A DNA stretch of 64,000 nt from Raillietiella orientalis (lineage: Eukaryota). Numbering within the stretch: position 1 is the stretch's first letter; each line of letters starts with the position of its first letter. Shown in pieces: positions 49,725 through 62,320 of the stretch. The stretch lies in assembly GCA_036172245.1 (NCBI GenBank), contig JAYWIR010000001.1, positions 9,238,001 through 9,302,000 of the forward strand, written 5' to 3'. Made by a program: the position numbers and the translations under genes. The notes beneath the pieces are model-generated. The model was not told the DNA's origin, made no database searches, and saw only the letters and a list, made by a program, of their open reading frames with translations.

Positions 49725-52700
49725 CTTACTTGCGTTTTTTGTGAACGGTCAGTTTATTTATCTTTTTTATGGGTGCCTAGACAGCTATTTTCTTTATCTA
49801 TTGATGTTTACATTGGAAAATGTATTAGAAAATTTTTTGCTGTTGAGTTTGTATCTAGGAATATATTAATGCAAGTCATAGCAAACGAGTATCCAGTTAT
49901 TACCCATGTAATAAATGTTAATGGTATCTCCAAAGTACTTTTGTTTTGAATACATACTGTGGTATCGGAAGAAAAGTTCGTGTACCCCAGGCAAATTCAG
50001 GGAAATACCCAAGACTGTCCAAGATGCAGAAACTAGGCAAGGAAAATAAGTAGGGCGGAACCTACGGAAATGCGATGACGAATATGTGCAAAGCAACCAC
50101 CTCATATTGGTGATCTGTGCTGCTTAGTAGTACTGCTAATGAAATGTGGCGAACATATTTCTGAAATCTTATTTCGTATGTTCATAAATCAGCATTTTCC
50201 AGATGAAAGGGTTCAGGAATGTGAGGAGAGACAAAAATCTGAGGGGGGTCGAATACGTCTATGGTCCTTTTGCAAGTGGGACGGGGAATCTAGTCTGGCC
50301 TTTTTGCAAGTCTCTTTAGACCCACATTGAAGACAAACCATAGAAAGTAAGCAGACTGATTCTGCGATTCACAAATGAAGAGTAATCAAATGTTAGCACC
50401 CTAACGTGAGCCCCAGTAAGGTGCATGAAAAGTGTTTTTCACGGCCAGGCGACTCTTTTGCTCCATATTTGTTCAAAAAAGGGATTTGAAACTCCCAGTT
50501 CAGCATCGCGTTTTGCAGGAACTTGCAGTTGTGCAGACTGGCAGATCCACCGTGGAAAATTCGTTACCTTCCATCTTAGCTTTGGCATTTTATCCGTCGC
50601 CAGAAAGTGTTTCGAATGTTAAGAGTGTTTTGAGCTAGTGCCAGAGTGTGAAAGTGTTGAGTGGCTTTTGATTTGCGAGTCATTACAAGAGTTGCAAAGA
50701 GTTGTTCGGCCTGCATTATTTAATACATCCAGAAAGTGAACAGAATCCTTGACAGTCGTACGTCAACTTGTTTCGAGTGATGAATTGGGCAAGTAGACTT
50801 TCATTAGTTTCTAGTGTGTCGGATAGTTCCAACGGTGTTACAGAGTACACAGCGTACATCGGACGTCACAGAACGACTCAGGGCATATGTTGAATTGTAA
50901 AGCTCACGCGGTTGCTTCTTCTCAAGAAAACTTGCATGCGTAGACGTATGAAGGCATTCGGTAACGTATACACGGTGCCACACGTGTATACACACGAAAG
51001 AGGTTTTTCTTGGATTGGAACGCCAGCTGTAATCCTTATTATAAGCGACAAGAAATGGGATGCCTGTGGTTTTTGTAGGAGTGTGCCTATCGGGTTCGGC
51101 CTCAACGAAATGGCTTTCCAGTACTCCTTTTCCCGGATAGTGCTACTTTTGTCCTCACCGTACGTACTTCACGATTTCCTCCAGGTTTTTGTCCTTGCAT
51201 GCGTAAAAAGCAGTCACCCTCAATCGGAATCGCTAGCAGAAGTTTTAGCAGATATCCAAGTATGGGTTTATCTACATATGATGTATGCACGAGGAGACGC
51301 TTAAAAAGAAAAAGAAAGATTAGCAAGAAACATCTACTCAGGAGCTCGGAGCCAGGGGGGTCTTTTTGGAGGTAGCACAGAAAGTGAAGTTCAGGATTTG
51401 CAGCTGCCGAGCTGCAGATGCCCGTCTCATTGGGGTCTCGAACTTGAAGTTTAGCCTCGGGGTGCCGCCATGCTTTTCTTCTCGAATGACTTTTGCGAGA
51501 GTCCTCTTGGGTAAAACGAAGCGGTAAAACCAAGGAGTTCATGAAGTCTCGAGCGAGCAGCTGCACTCTTGCACCTCCGTTGGTGCTGCTGACGGTGCAG
51601 TGCTTTTCCTTTTTCTCATTCGCAAGACTGTGCCCACCATCGATTTTTCCACCTCAATGGTGGTCTCTCTCCGGTTTGCACCAGGAAAGCATGGGACGTG
51701 CACGTAGCTGCTTGCATGTTGTTTACGATTCGTGTTGCGAGTTCTCAACGGGCGAAGCCTATGGGAAGCTCAGCACCAGCCGTGACCCTCCCTTGCTACT
51801 GTCCGTCGGAAGGGTGTGTGAAGGATCGAGGTTTTCACCCTGGGGGGGCGTTTGCGGTGCGCTAAGGCTTTTTACGTGACCCCCCCCCACACACACACAG
51901 CGCAACCTGTAAGAAACGCGTTCCTCGTAACTCCTCTCTGCTGAGTGGAAGCATCTGGAAGAGGAGACGTCTTTCCAGATTCCCGATGGGCAGTCTTTCT
52001 AAAGGCTGCTCTTCAGGAGAGGCGTAGCACTGCCGGAGACGTTCCCGTTTCCCCTCCCCTTTTGTTTTCGTGATTTCTCAAAATGTAGACTTTCGCAGGA
52101 AGAAAGGTCTTTTTTGTGTTTTCACACAGGAAATGCTTGCCGCTCATGTGATTTTCGACTGCGTCATCGGTGAGAATGACACAGAGTTCGATCGTTTGGA
52201 AGACAATTCGGAAGGAACCGAAGATTCGACGACGCGGGCGTACACCTCCATGGGTAGGTCACAAGGTGACTTTTGCTTTGCCTGCTCTTCAACCTAGCTT
52301 CATTCCACAATCTTTTGCAGCCGTTCCTAGGTTGCGCTGGAGGGCATCACAGGATGCAAGGAACACGATCGGGGCACTGCGTCCACCGGGTTCCCGCCCC
52401 CCCGATCCGGACCACGTGTAATGGCAAAGAAAGCTTGAAATTCGTCGACGCGCGGGGCTGAAAACTTCGTGGCCGACCTCACCAAGAGTCATCCTGAATC
52501 CCGTGCCTGTCTGGCACTTCGCGCGGCATGCTGCGTGAACGGAAATCGTCACAGCAAGCGTGATGGATTCGATTCGGACCCTACACGTGAAAGTCCGTCT
52601 CCAAATTTGGAGAAATTACTCGGAAATTAGAGGGAACATGGCGTTTTCCTTGCGTTTTGTGCTGAACTCACAGCATGAACAGTGAAGTGTGTACCGATTC

Positions 52701-53034
52701 CGGAATTCACACTGTTTTTTTCGTGTGGGACTTGGAGAATGTTATGGTCTATTTTTGCATTTATTTCCGAATAAAATGAGAGTTTCGTTTATTAAAAAAA
52801 TAAAAAATAAAAAGGAGGGAAAGCTGAAAGGTTCAGATCCAGACGATCAACTTCCTAAAACTGTGTGCAGCCTCGCCCAGCAGGTCGTAGGTTACCACAA
52901 ACGCGCAGTAGAGCTTTCGAGTAAAGGTTCTCCAGCCTCCACACATGAAGCCAGAAAGGCTTTCCGATCTCCGAATAGAAATTCAGGCTTACGGTGGTGT
53001 GTGGTAATCTTTCAGGAACCTTTCACCAAACCGA

Positions 53035-53253
53035 AGCCGCGTGGCTACGGTCTCCGCGCGTGGCACCAAGCGTTGTGGGTTCGAATACCTGCAAAGAAGG
53101 GATCGGCGCAACGTTTCTCCCACTCCTCTTGTGCGGACCTCATAGGGGAGGTGCTCACGAGAAGCAGCTCCTCTGAGGCATTTGCTTCTATAGTGGTGAT
53201 GTAAAACCGTTACGAAGCAAGACATTTTTGTATGTTATAGAACTTTTTTTTTG

Positions 53254-53289
<36 letters not shown>

Positions 53290-53682
53290 CAATAAACACC
53301 CCGGCGTGACCGGATGAAAATAAAAGGGTCGATGCCAGAGAAATGGATGCCTAGTGGGTTTCGAGTTTCCCCCTCAAGGTGACGCTCTTTGGCCTGTATT
53401 CGCGTGCATCACTGGTGGAAGCCAGATGCCCCGCTGAGTGGCCGGGATTGGAAGTCGACCCTCGGGGGTCCTTCCAGGAATCAAACACCCAGTTCTCTTT
53501 GAGTTTCCCTCCCAAGCGCGAGAGAAACGGACGCCTTCCTGTGGAGCCCTTCCTGGATGCAGGGGGCGGCCCCCTCCGGGGGTGCCCTCTAACTTGAAGA
53601 GTTACTCTACACGCATCCCCGGGTGGCATGGAGCAGTGTTAAAGAACTCCGTGAGCCGTCAGGCGAACGGTTCTTGAGAACT
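53035..53682 (+). mobile_element. tRNA-derived SINE-like element, copy D (interrupted by about 240 bp, internally deleted)
   Basis: Head GTCTCCGCGCGTGGCACCAAGCGTTGTGGGTTCGAATAC (B-box 53078). Homology resumes near 53352 (GGGTTTCGAG...GGCCGGGATTGGAAG...AACTTGAAGAGTT...CTCCGTGAGCC...GGCGAACGGTTCTTGAGAAC). Confidence 0.75.
53258..53286. repeat. (AT)n microsatellite
   Basis: Pure AT dinucleotide run. Confidence 0.9.
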
Positions 53683-54249
53683 AATTAGAGAACCCAAAAG
53701 ACAGAAACTCCACCAAAAAAAGGCTGGAAGGAAAAACAGCGGAAACAGAAGAGAGCCGTTGCCAAGGTTCCTGCGAGCTGCGGGCTTCTAAGATGAGAAG
53801 GGGACCGCGATAACGGGTGCGTAGGGCAAATTCTCTTTGCTAACTTCATCGCCATGTCTATCGGAGTATGGCGACCGCTTCCGTCACTGTCGTATAGAAA
53901 GAAAGTCTCCCTTGAGTTGAGGAACTAAAAGAGTCGCAAGTCCCCAAATGCGAATGAGGGCCATGAGACAACAATTAGGCCCCTTGGGATGGCAATCACA
54001 TTATGTCCTTTTCTGGGAAGCCTTTGCTGAGTCCTGAGACCTGCGCGTCGTTCTACTCGTCCGCTTTCATGCCCTTGAACACGAGGGCGTTGAGGGTGGT
54101 GAGCGAAGTCTTCCCTGAAATCAAATCACCTCCAGATGCCTTCGTGCACATGGTACAGCCATCTTGGGCTGCTTGCCCACGTTTGGAAGCCGAAATTACA
54201 TTTCGGTTCTTTTCCTTCCAGTTTTTTGTGTGTAGGTTTTCATTTTAGA

Positions 54250-56107
54250 GTTGATTGAAAAGATTTAGGCAAAGTGGTTTGCAACTGTAAAGTGCCTCAG
54301 GTATCCGGGTTTTAATTGCTGGCACCAAAGGAAGGCAGGCAAGCAGTCTCCCGGGCAAACGTCACCAAGAAAGAAAATCATTCCCGTAATCGCTGCTCCT
54401 CCCCAAAGTTAGCACCTCTTATCTAACACACTCCTTAAGTGCAATGAGCTTGCCCCCTCGTCAGGCTCTCAGGGCAGCGCCATTGCTGCCTGCTGACGAG
54501 CACTGCTGGAGCTGCTCTGAAAATTTACTGTGTAAAACTATTTTCCATCCGGGAACAGGGTTCCCGGACAAAGAACATAAAAAAACGAAGGGAGGGCTCC
54601 CCGACACGCAGATCGCTAAATCCGAAAGTCCGGAACGGGAGGGAGGGGCCACAAATACACGTATAAAAAATAGAAATAAAGATATGGGGAGGGTAGGGGA
54701 CAGGGGTCTCTGGTTTGGGCGTTCCTTTCCTTCAGAACCGGCTATGGATGCCGGTGATCTCGCTCCTAACGCCCTCTGGAAGATGGGCCCACTCGGCAGC
54801 CGACGTCATGTTCTCGTCGGCTATTCCGGTGGCCTGTCGACGAATCGCCAGCTTCTTCAGCTCTCGGTGGGCCTTGTCGATGGCGCGGATGCAACAGCCC
54901 GTTGCGATGACAGCACCTAAGGACAGGCCTCCTGGCGTGAAGAAGAGGCGCATCAAATCCCTCCCTGGAGCAGGAGAACTGAGGCCAGCCTCCGCCACAG
55001 TCCTTGGAGGACACCGCAGTCCAAGAGCAGGTGCGGGAGCATTTACTGGAGCTGCTCTGAGAATTTGCTGTGTAAAACTGTGGTGTCAGTTAGTGTGCTT
55101 CAGTTCCGGAGTTTCCCGTTAGAAAGTCGCTTGGAGTGGCATGGTGTCCAGTTCCACATAAGGTGCACGGTGAGCGTGTTTCCCGCCTTCGTGCCGCAGG
55201 GCCTGCGGCGCTCACGATCACATCGCTGCGCGCCGCGATGGCTCCTTGGCTTACTGCTTAACGCGTAGTTTACAAATACAAAGATAATATGAGCAGCTCG
55301 GCGCGTGCGGCTTTGCGCGGACCACATGGACTGCAGGCACCTGGTCCTCCACATCTGAAGGTCTCACATGGGATTCTCAGAATGAATTACCGGTAAATGA
55401 CTCAAAATTTTGAAAAACAAAAACAATTGTATTTTTGCAAAGGAGGTAAAAGCAGCATTTGAGCAGAAAAGATGGAGGTGGTGGTCACCGATGGAGACAG
55501 TCTCAATAGTTTTACTTATGAAAAGGGGAAAAGAAATTCTCCCCCACCCCCTTCCTTTCTTCGCATGTGGAACGCGTCCACTTTAGAAGTGGACTCGAGT
55601 AAAAGGTCAGGTCCCGAGAAGACGACCGCACTTGGGTATGGGTGATCCCAGACCTGACGGGGTGCCTACGAGGTAGGAGGAGGTAGGAGTGCAGCTGAAC
55701 ATGGTGGACTGCGAGCGTGGTATCGAGGACGAACTATAATTCGTGGTTTCTAAATTTCGCAGCAGACAAACAAACAACTGCCCTTCTTGCTGGTTCTTAG
55801 GGTCCAAGTGACTGTCAGTGAACTCCTCACGAGCCGGCTTCGGGAAGTTTAGAAGCTGCGCTCTTTCCGCGACGCGGAGTCAATAAGCGAAAACCAGCGC
55901 TCTTGACCAGGCATTCCTCCCCTCCGAATCGCGTGATGCAGACTGCAGTTCGAAAGTTAATTGAAAAGATTAAGGCCAGGCGCTTTCTAACTAGAAAGTA
56001 CCGGGTACCCGGGTTTTAATTTCTGGTACCGCAGGAAGGCAGGCAAACAGTCCGCCCGGGCAAGCGTCACCAAGAGAGAGAATCGTTCCCGTAATCGCTG
56101 CCTCCCC
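54250..56107. repeat. Diverged ~152 bp direct repeat pair (54250-54403 and 55956-56107)
   Basis: Shared ATTGAAAAGATT...CCGGGTTTTAATT...GGAAGGCAGGCAA...CCCGGGCAA.CGTCACCAAGA...TTCCCGTAATCGCTGC. Confidence 0.85.
54498..55079. repeat. ~42 bp direct repeat pair (54498-54539 and 55037-55079)
   Basis: CTGGAGCTGCTCTGA(A/G)AATTT(A/G)CTGTGTAAAACT occurs twice. Confidence 0.8.
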
Positions 56108-56123
56108 TTCCCGCCTCCTGAAC

Positions 56124-56771
56124 CAGAATTGCCAATTTAGCGACTTTCCCGCTAGATCTAGCGTGTTTGGAAACCCATCTAGCGGCTAAGAGTGTTTTAT
56201 CTCGCTGAGCGGGAATCCCAGCGGTTTTTAAATCAGCGACCGCCGAAGATTACGGGTTTTTCTTGGCCGCAAAGAAAATTTTCAATTGTGGATGCTGAAA
56301 TGGAATTCTGGATGTCTTTATCCACCCCTATTTCCATGTTGGCGGATGTAGTTATTGCATTATGGATAAACACTGTCGAGGAAAACGACCTTCTTATCAT
56401 TAAACTATTTTGATATTTAAATTGTGATTGTTGTAGTGCGGCGGCAACTGGTTTGAGTATTTAATCACAATTTGCAGACTGTTCCAACGTTTTCTATTAA
56501 CCATAAGTAATAAGACCGGCAGTGCCGCGCTCTCCTGGCAAATGTATCGGAACACGTGCAGCAGTAGCTTAGTAACACCAATTCCACGTCATCAACAATT
56601 AATTGTTAGTTTGCACTATTGAATCCGAAGACTAAATGGCATTAAGTGATTTAACAACGACAGTAATAAATTCCTAGCTATTAAAATGTGGAGATTTGTT
56701 TTTTGTTTGGAGAATCGCGGAGTTTTCGAAGGCCACTAGGGGGACTTCATTAACTAATGCTGGCAACCCTG
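56124..56771. mobile_element. Putative non-autonomous hAT-like DNA transposon (MITE)
   Basis: Left end CAGAATTGCCA; right end TGGCAACCCTG (reverse complement CAGGGTTGCCA). Flanking 8-mers TCCTGAAC and TCCCAAAT (5/8, transitions only) resemble a decayed 8 bp TSD. Subterminal TTTAGCGACTTT and palindrome CGCTAGATCTAGCG at 56150-56163. Confidence 0.5.
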
Positions 56772-57234
56772 TCCCAAATTAATTGTGATTTCAGCATACA
56801 ATCTAATTTTCGTTGCGTGGCAAATTGCGGGCAAGATGCGAGATTCGTGTTCTCCGCTGCGAGTAAATGGATTTAGGGCAGCTGTCGGACTCGACACGAA
56901 CGCAGGAAACAGCATAATCGCGCTGACCAGCGCATGTTTTCTGCAACCACTCCATCGGATGGTGGAGTGGAAGCAGCAACCTTTCCCTGACTCGGCAACC
57001 GTCCTTGGAGTGCGTCCAGTGCTTCCGAGAGCAATCCTGTGAGGAGGGTTCTTTTTCGTTTTGTTTTGTTTTGCTTTTTCCTTTTGTCGATGGGGCTGCT
57101 TTCCAAAAGGAGTATGCGTGGGTGCATCTTCTTGTTCATCTTGATGCAGATTAAGGAAATCAGGGGTAAGTCTGGTATCAGGGGTACCATCTGCATATGG
57201 ATGTTCTTCCTCTTCTAATGAGTTTCATGTACGT

Positions 57235-57345
57235 GGATTTGCCGCGGAAATCCTCAGGTTTGCTGCCCTGGACTCTAATGCTGGCGGTGCATTCAGACGG
57301 GAATGAAGCAAAAACCCCAAAGCGTTCATCCGGAATGAGCTCAGG
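57235..57345 (-). pseudogene. Possible decayed LINE reverse transcriptase fragment
   Basis: ERFGVFASFPSECTASIRVQGSKPEDFR resembles the non-LTR RT segment before the GVRQG motif (FGxP...TAxVRVxGxxSxxF); GVRQG itself is absent. Confidence 0.3.
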
Positions 57346-60300
57346 CATTTTTAGGTTGCAATGCGCGGTTGGTTCCTGTAGGCATGTCCGAAAACCCATT
57401 CCTATCTGAGTCGTTTAGGTCAAAGCCGACTCGGGAGCGTTTCTCCTTCCTTGTCTTGGAGCACTTGCCCGCGGTGCCACTGTTTCTTAAAATCACGTAC
57501 TGGCCGTACTGCTGGAGGAACGAGCACGGGAAAGAAATTCACGTTCCAATTATGCAGAGAGTCGGTGTGCTTTGAGTTCAGCTGCTCCCCCCACTGGCGT
57601 CGCTCATCGTTTCAAGATGAACGTTGATCATTCGAAAAATGGCGATTACCAGTCGGTAGCCGAGTTCAAAAGGTGAGACATGGAGCACCTTTGGATGACC
57701 ACTTTGCAAGTTCTGATCTCGACGAGAATCTGGATTTCCTTCAGGGATCTGAACTGCGACGAAGGGATCCTAAAAGAAGTGAATCCCCTCTGTGCAGGAC
57801 ACACTATCGGTCCCAGGATTCAAAACTCCCAACATGCGATGAAACCACATCCGAAGAAAACGCATTTAAAGATTCATCCTTGATGCCTATTTTCAATGTA
57901 CGTTTCAGAAAGCGTTATTGGCAAACGTACATCGTTCCGTTCTTGCATTCTGCCGCCTACCTATTGCCTCGAACTGAGGGCTGATGCCTTGTTTGGTTTG
58001 AAGCCGGCCCTTTTGCCCAAGCTGCCTTGCACTCACTCGCATCATTGCCGGGGATCCAGCATTTCGTCAGCTCAGGATTTGCTTCCTCGCGGGCTCACTT
58101 CGGTAACTCATAGTTTCCTGGAGGAAAAATGCGAAGGGCCAGGATTAGGATGGTCTTCTCCACTCGACGCCATTTTAAATTCCTTGCTTGCTGGCTGACG
58201 AAAGGTATGCAACCTTTCGCAGCCAGTCTTGCAGCCGCAACCATCTCGATGGCCAGACGTTCAGGTTAAAGGTCTTTCTCAAAGATCCCTCAAAGAAACG
58301 TCTTGACTAGCATCCGTGCAAAACGGATAAGAACAATTCCGCAACAACCGCTTGATTGGACAAAGATGGCTTTCGTATTTCCCCAGCTCAGGCATCCTGA
58401 TTAAGCATTTAAACTCGTGGTCTTCACACAAAGTGGAAGCATTTGTACAAGGGGAACCTGTAGATCCTCATTCCATTGTGCCCTTGAGGGTCTGCGCAGA
58501 ACCATCCTCAGCCACCAGTGAAAGACGAACACAAAAATTCAAACAAAAGGAAGAGAATAAGAAATGGGATTTGTCTCAGAACCTCACTGGGTGCTTTTGC
58601 TGATGAGCATCAAGCATTCCCTACAAGAACTTTCACCCATTTTCCAGCCAGGAATCTCCAAATGCAGATTCCGCGTTCTCTCTCTCTTTGCTATGATTTT
58701 TTTTTTTTTTTTTTTGCTTGTCACGATTTTTTTCAATAAATTTACGTGAAATACCCAAAAGTTCAACGTGTATGGTTGCCAAATGTTCCCGAGCTGCCAT
58801 TTCTGTATTCGAATTGTATCAGCAGAAGTTTCGTCCCCTCCTTCAAACGACTTTGGCAAGCAAAGGACTCTCAAGAACGATCACTCAGCAGCAGGGAAAA
58901 TTTAGGATCGCATGGATAATCGGTAAGACGCAGCTTTGGACGAGTTGAAAATCTCCAGAGAATAAAAAAAAGTGTTTGGACACCAGTGAATAAGGTACAG
59001 ACAGGTGGGTTGTTGTGACGACCGCATTAGGTACTTCCGATCTAAGAAATCCCAAGGAATAAATCGTTGCAAGGATGACGAATGACAGTGATGAAAATTT
59101 AATTCAAACTTTGTAAGATCAGACTTTAGAGGGGTTTGCTCTGCCGAATTGGGATCAGCAAACAATTTTCACGCCATTGCGGACCCAGACAATCATGTCC
59201 ATCAGTTTAACTCGAAGCACTGGCGAATGGTTTAGTAAGGATGGCCGGAACAATCCATTCCGAGATGTTCCGTCACCTTCAAGACAGATTTTGCAGGCAG
59301 CGTGATCAGGCAAACGTGCAAGGAGATCCTGCGTCTACGCTCATCCCGAAAAGACCCCCGAAGAAGGTTCCGAAAAGCATGTCGCGCATTCCCGAAATTC
59401 CCATCTGCAGCCATGCTGCGTGCGCACCTTTGACACACGGGTAGAGCAAACAGTCCTTTACTTCGTTTACATCGGGGCTTATGAAGAAACCCTTCCCTGC
59501 AAGACACGGGGCTTGCAGAAGAAGACTCGTGGCGTGTCCGTTCGTAGAGACAGATGGCACAACGTTTGAAGCTGGGCAAGTCATCCTGTTCTCATGAACG
59601 AGTAGCAAAGTCTGGGCAGCTGAGGGGCCGAGAAACCATATTGCTCAAGTGGGGTGATGAAGCAAGCAGCAAGCCGTTTGCCCTCGCTGTAAAAGTTTCA
59701 ACCACTCTCTCTGTTGAGAGAGAGAGACAGCGTGTTTCAGGAATGGCTAAACTCGTGGCGACGAGGAAACATCAACAAAATCCGGTGCTCCGGTCGGATC
59801 CGAAAATTCCACGAAAAACGGCAATAATAAAGCCTGAGGATCCTGTAGGGCGACGATACAAGTCCTCAGCGAATAGAGCAGATTACGCAAGCTGTGTCAT
59901 GTCTTCTAACAGAATGCTAACTTATCCTCACAATCGAGGAGGGAGTTGGTCCCTATTTGACTGCCCGGCAGCAGCCTCAGCAACAGCAGCTTTTGCTTCA
60001 CGGAATGTTGGAGGTGAAAGCAAATAATTTCGTGAGACTGGGGGATCTCTAAAACCTGCAGCGCTCTCCTGGACGTCAGCACAGCTGGAGGGGAATGCAG
60101 CAGAATCGTTTTTCGAGTTTGGTTCTGGAGAGGGAATCTCTCACTCCAGTCGGGAATTTGGATACTCGAAAACAATTTCTTACTGCCACGGTGGCGGCAG
60201 TTCTTATTCTCGGCTCCTATCGATGCTCACAACTCCATCATTGCCTGATATTATGGAGACGAGAAGAATGGTTCTCCATGAAGAGGAGACGGAGTGCGAA

Positions 60301-61863
60301 AGAAGTCGGCATATGGCTCCCGTCTGGTTGCAAAACGGCTTCATTTATATGCAGCTGATTCGATCTCTTGTGAAAATTTCTGACGAGAAAATTCCTTTGC
60401 ATCCCTGAAGCTGACGACATCTGTCTGGTTATGCCAAAAGGTGAATGAAAACAAGCAGCGCTTTTAGATCGGGAAAAGTTAAGAGGAATGACAATGACAA
60501 AAAAAGAAGACATTTCTCTGGGTCTTCGACACCAATGACATCATGAGAAATGATGAACGCTTTTTGTGGGCTATTTCTGCAGTGGATTCGTAGAGAGAAA
60601 AGGAATGCCGGTGTGGACTTGATCAAGTAACGACTAGGTTTGCTGTAACGGGTTATCCCATGGGGAGTGACAGGAACTTCAGTTTGCCGGAATCAGCGAA
60701 TCTTCTATTAGATAAAGGAATATCCTTGTTAAAGATGATCAAACGGTCCTGGACAAATGGGGAAGGAAAAGACGAAGAGAAAGCAGTGGGAAAATAGACG
60801 AGATGGATCCATCCAGATGCGTCACTCCTTTGCATAAACTTTCTACCAGGATCAATTAAAGCAGTACACATAATGGTCGTCTGCGGCTGCCGTATAGTGA
60901 AGATGCGTTGCGGTTGTTTCCTGCATCCACAGCTTCCAAATCCACCAAAATGCAAGACATTCGTACGTGATCGGTGCTGAAAACACGGACCACTAGAGAA
61001 TCACCCATGCAGTTCCAAGGGTTCCAGCCAGTAATGTCAGGGCGAGTGTCTCTGAAGACATTCGCTTTCCCGACTTCTCTCGGAAGCGCCTACTTTCTGT
61101 GTTTACCGTGTGCGGTTCATTTCGTGTTGCTGTCACCACGCCATTGCCCGACCCGATTCGCGCCCACGCGTCGGCAGCCTAGAAGTGAACTTCTGCGGGG
61201 GCGAACGGACACGAGCCGAAGCCACTGCATCCCTGTGAAATGATTCAATACTTTCAGGAGAGCTGAAATGCTTTGCCTGCTCGATCGATTTCCGAAAAGG
61301 ATCCTTCGATCGCTTGAATCTGTGTCTGGGGAGGCACGCTCCTGTTCATGGAAATCTGACCGCCACTTGTGGAAAGCACCAGAAATACTGCAGGGTAATG
61401 AATGATGCCTTAGGAGGATCCTCGTCAATTATTCGCTAGGCCCTGGAAGGATCGTAGGACTGTTTCTTCCGGGCGTGGGGGCGCACCTGTAGATGAGCAG
61501 CAGTTCTTCTGCGGTCGAGCTCACGGGAGGGAAAAAAAATTCTCACCAGAGCTCGGACTTAGCACGGGGGAGTGAGGGAAGTGCACACAGCGGGTAAAGC
61601 CCTACAGTTGGGACACTTTCAAACCGCGCGCAGATGTCGGATTTAACCCAAATGAGGCGCTAAGATCCGTAATTCGCTTCGATACGAAAACCAATGTTTC
61701 CAAATGGCACACACGGAGATGCAGCACCTGCAACATTTTCGAGAGTTTCGACGTCCGAATCGGCTCTTCAAGTTCCAAAGTAGAGAACTCCTGCGACTTG
61801 TTTCTGCCCCCCTGCTCCACCCTTCCTTAGAGAGAGAGAGAGAGAAATAAGGAAAAGTGCCCA

Positions 61864-62320
61864 CGTTGGCGGCCGTGTGGCAGCCGTCTCCGCGCGTGGT
61901 ACCGTTGCAGGTTCGAATATCAGTTAATGATCGAGCTCCCGAGAAAAGGGTACGTCGTGGGTTTCGAGTCCCTACCGCCGGATGGCACCGGTTGGCCTGT
62001 AGGCTTCGGGTGCGCCACCGGTGGAAGCCGTTGACAGGCCGGGATTGGAAGACCTTCCGGGGTCCTTCCAGGAATCGAGAGACCGATTGGGGTTCACCAC
62101 CAGCCGTGAAAGTAGAGCCGTATCCATGGGGCTGGTTGATACTCTCCTAGGGGGGTTGCCTCTCCAGAGTGCCGGAAACGCGCTGCTCTCTTCGGGGTTC
62201 TTTCCCACGCGTAAGAGAAACGGACTCCTTCCTCTGGAGCCTTCCTAGATTCACAGGTGGTCCCCTCCCGAAGCACCCCCTAACTTGCAAAGTTACACAC
62301 CCCCTCGGGACACATGACCG
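61864..62320 (+). mobile_element. tRNA-derived SINE-like element, copy E (internally deleted)
   Basis: CGTTGGCGGCCGTGTGG...GGTTCGAATAT (61910), second box GTTTCGAGTCC (61961), then GGCCGGGATTGGAAG, GCTGGTTGATAC and GGGGTTGCCTCTCCAGAGTGC shared with copy B. Confidence 0.75.
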
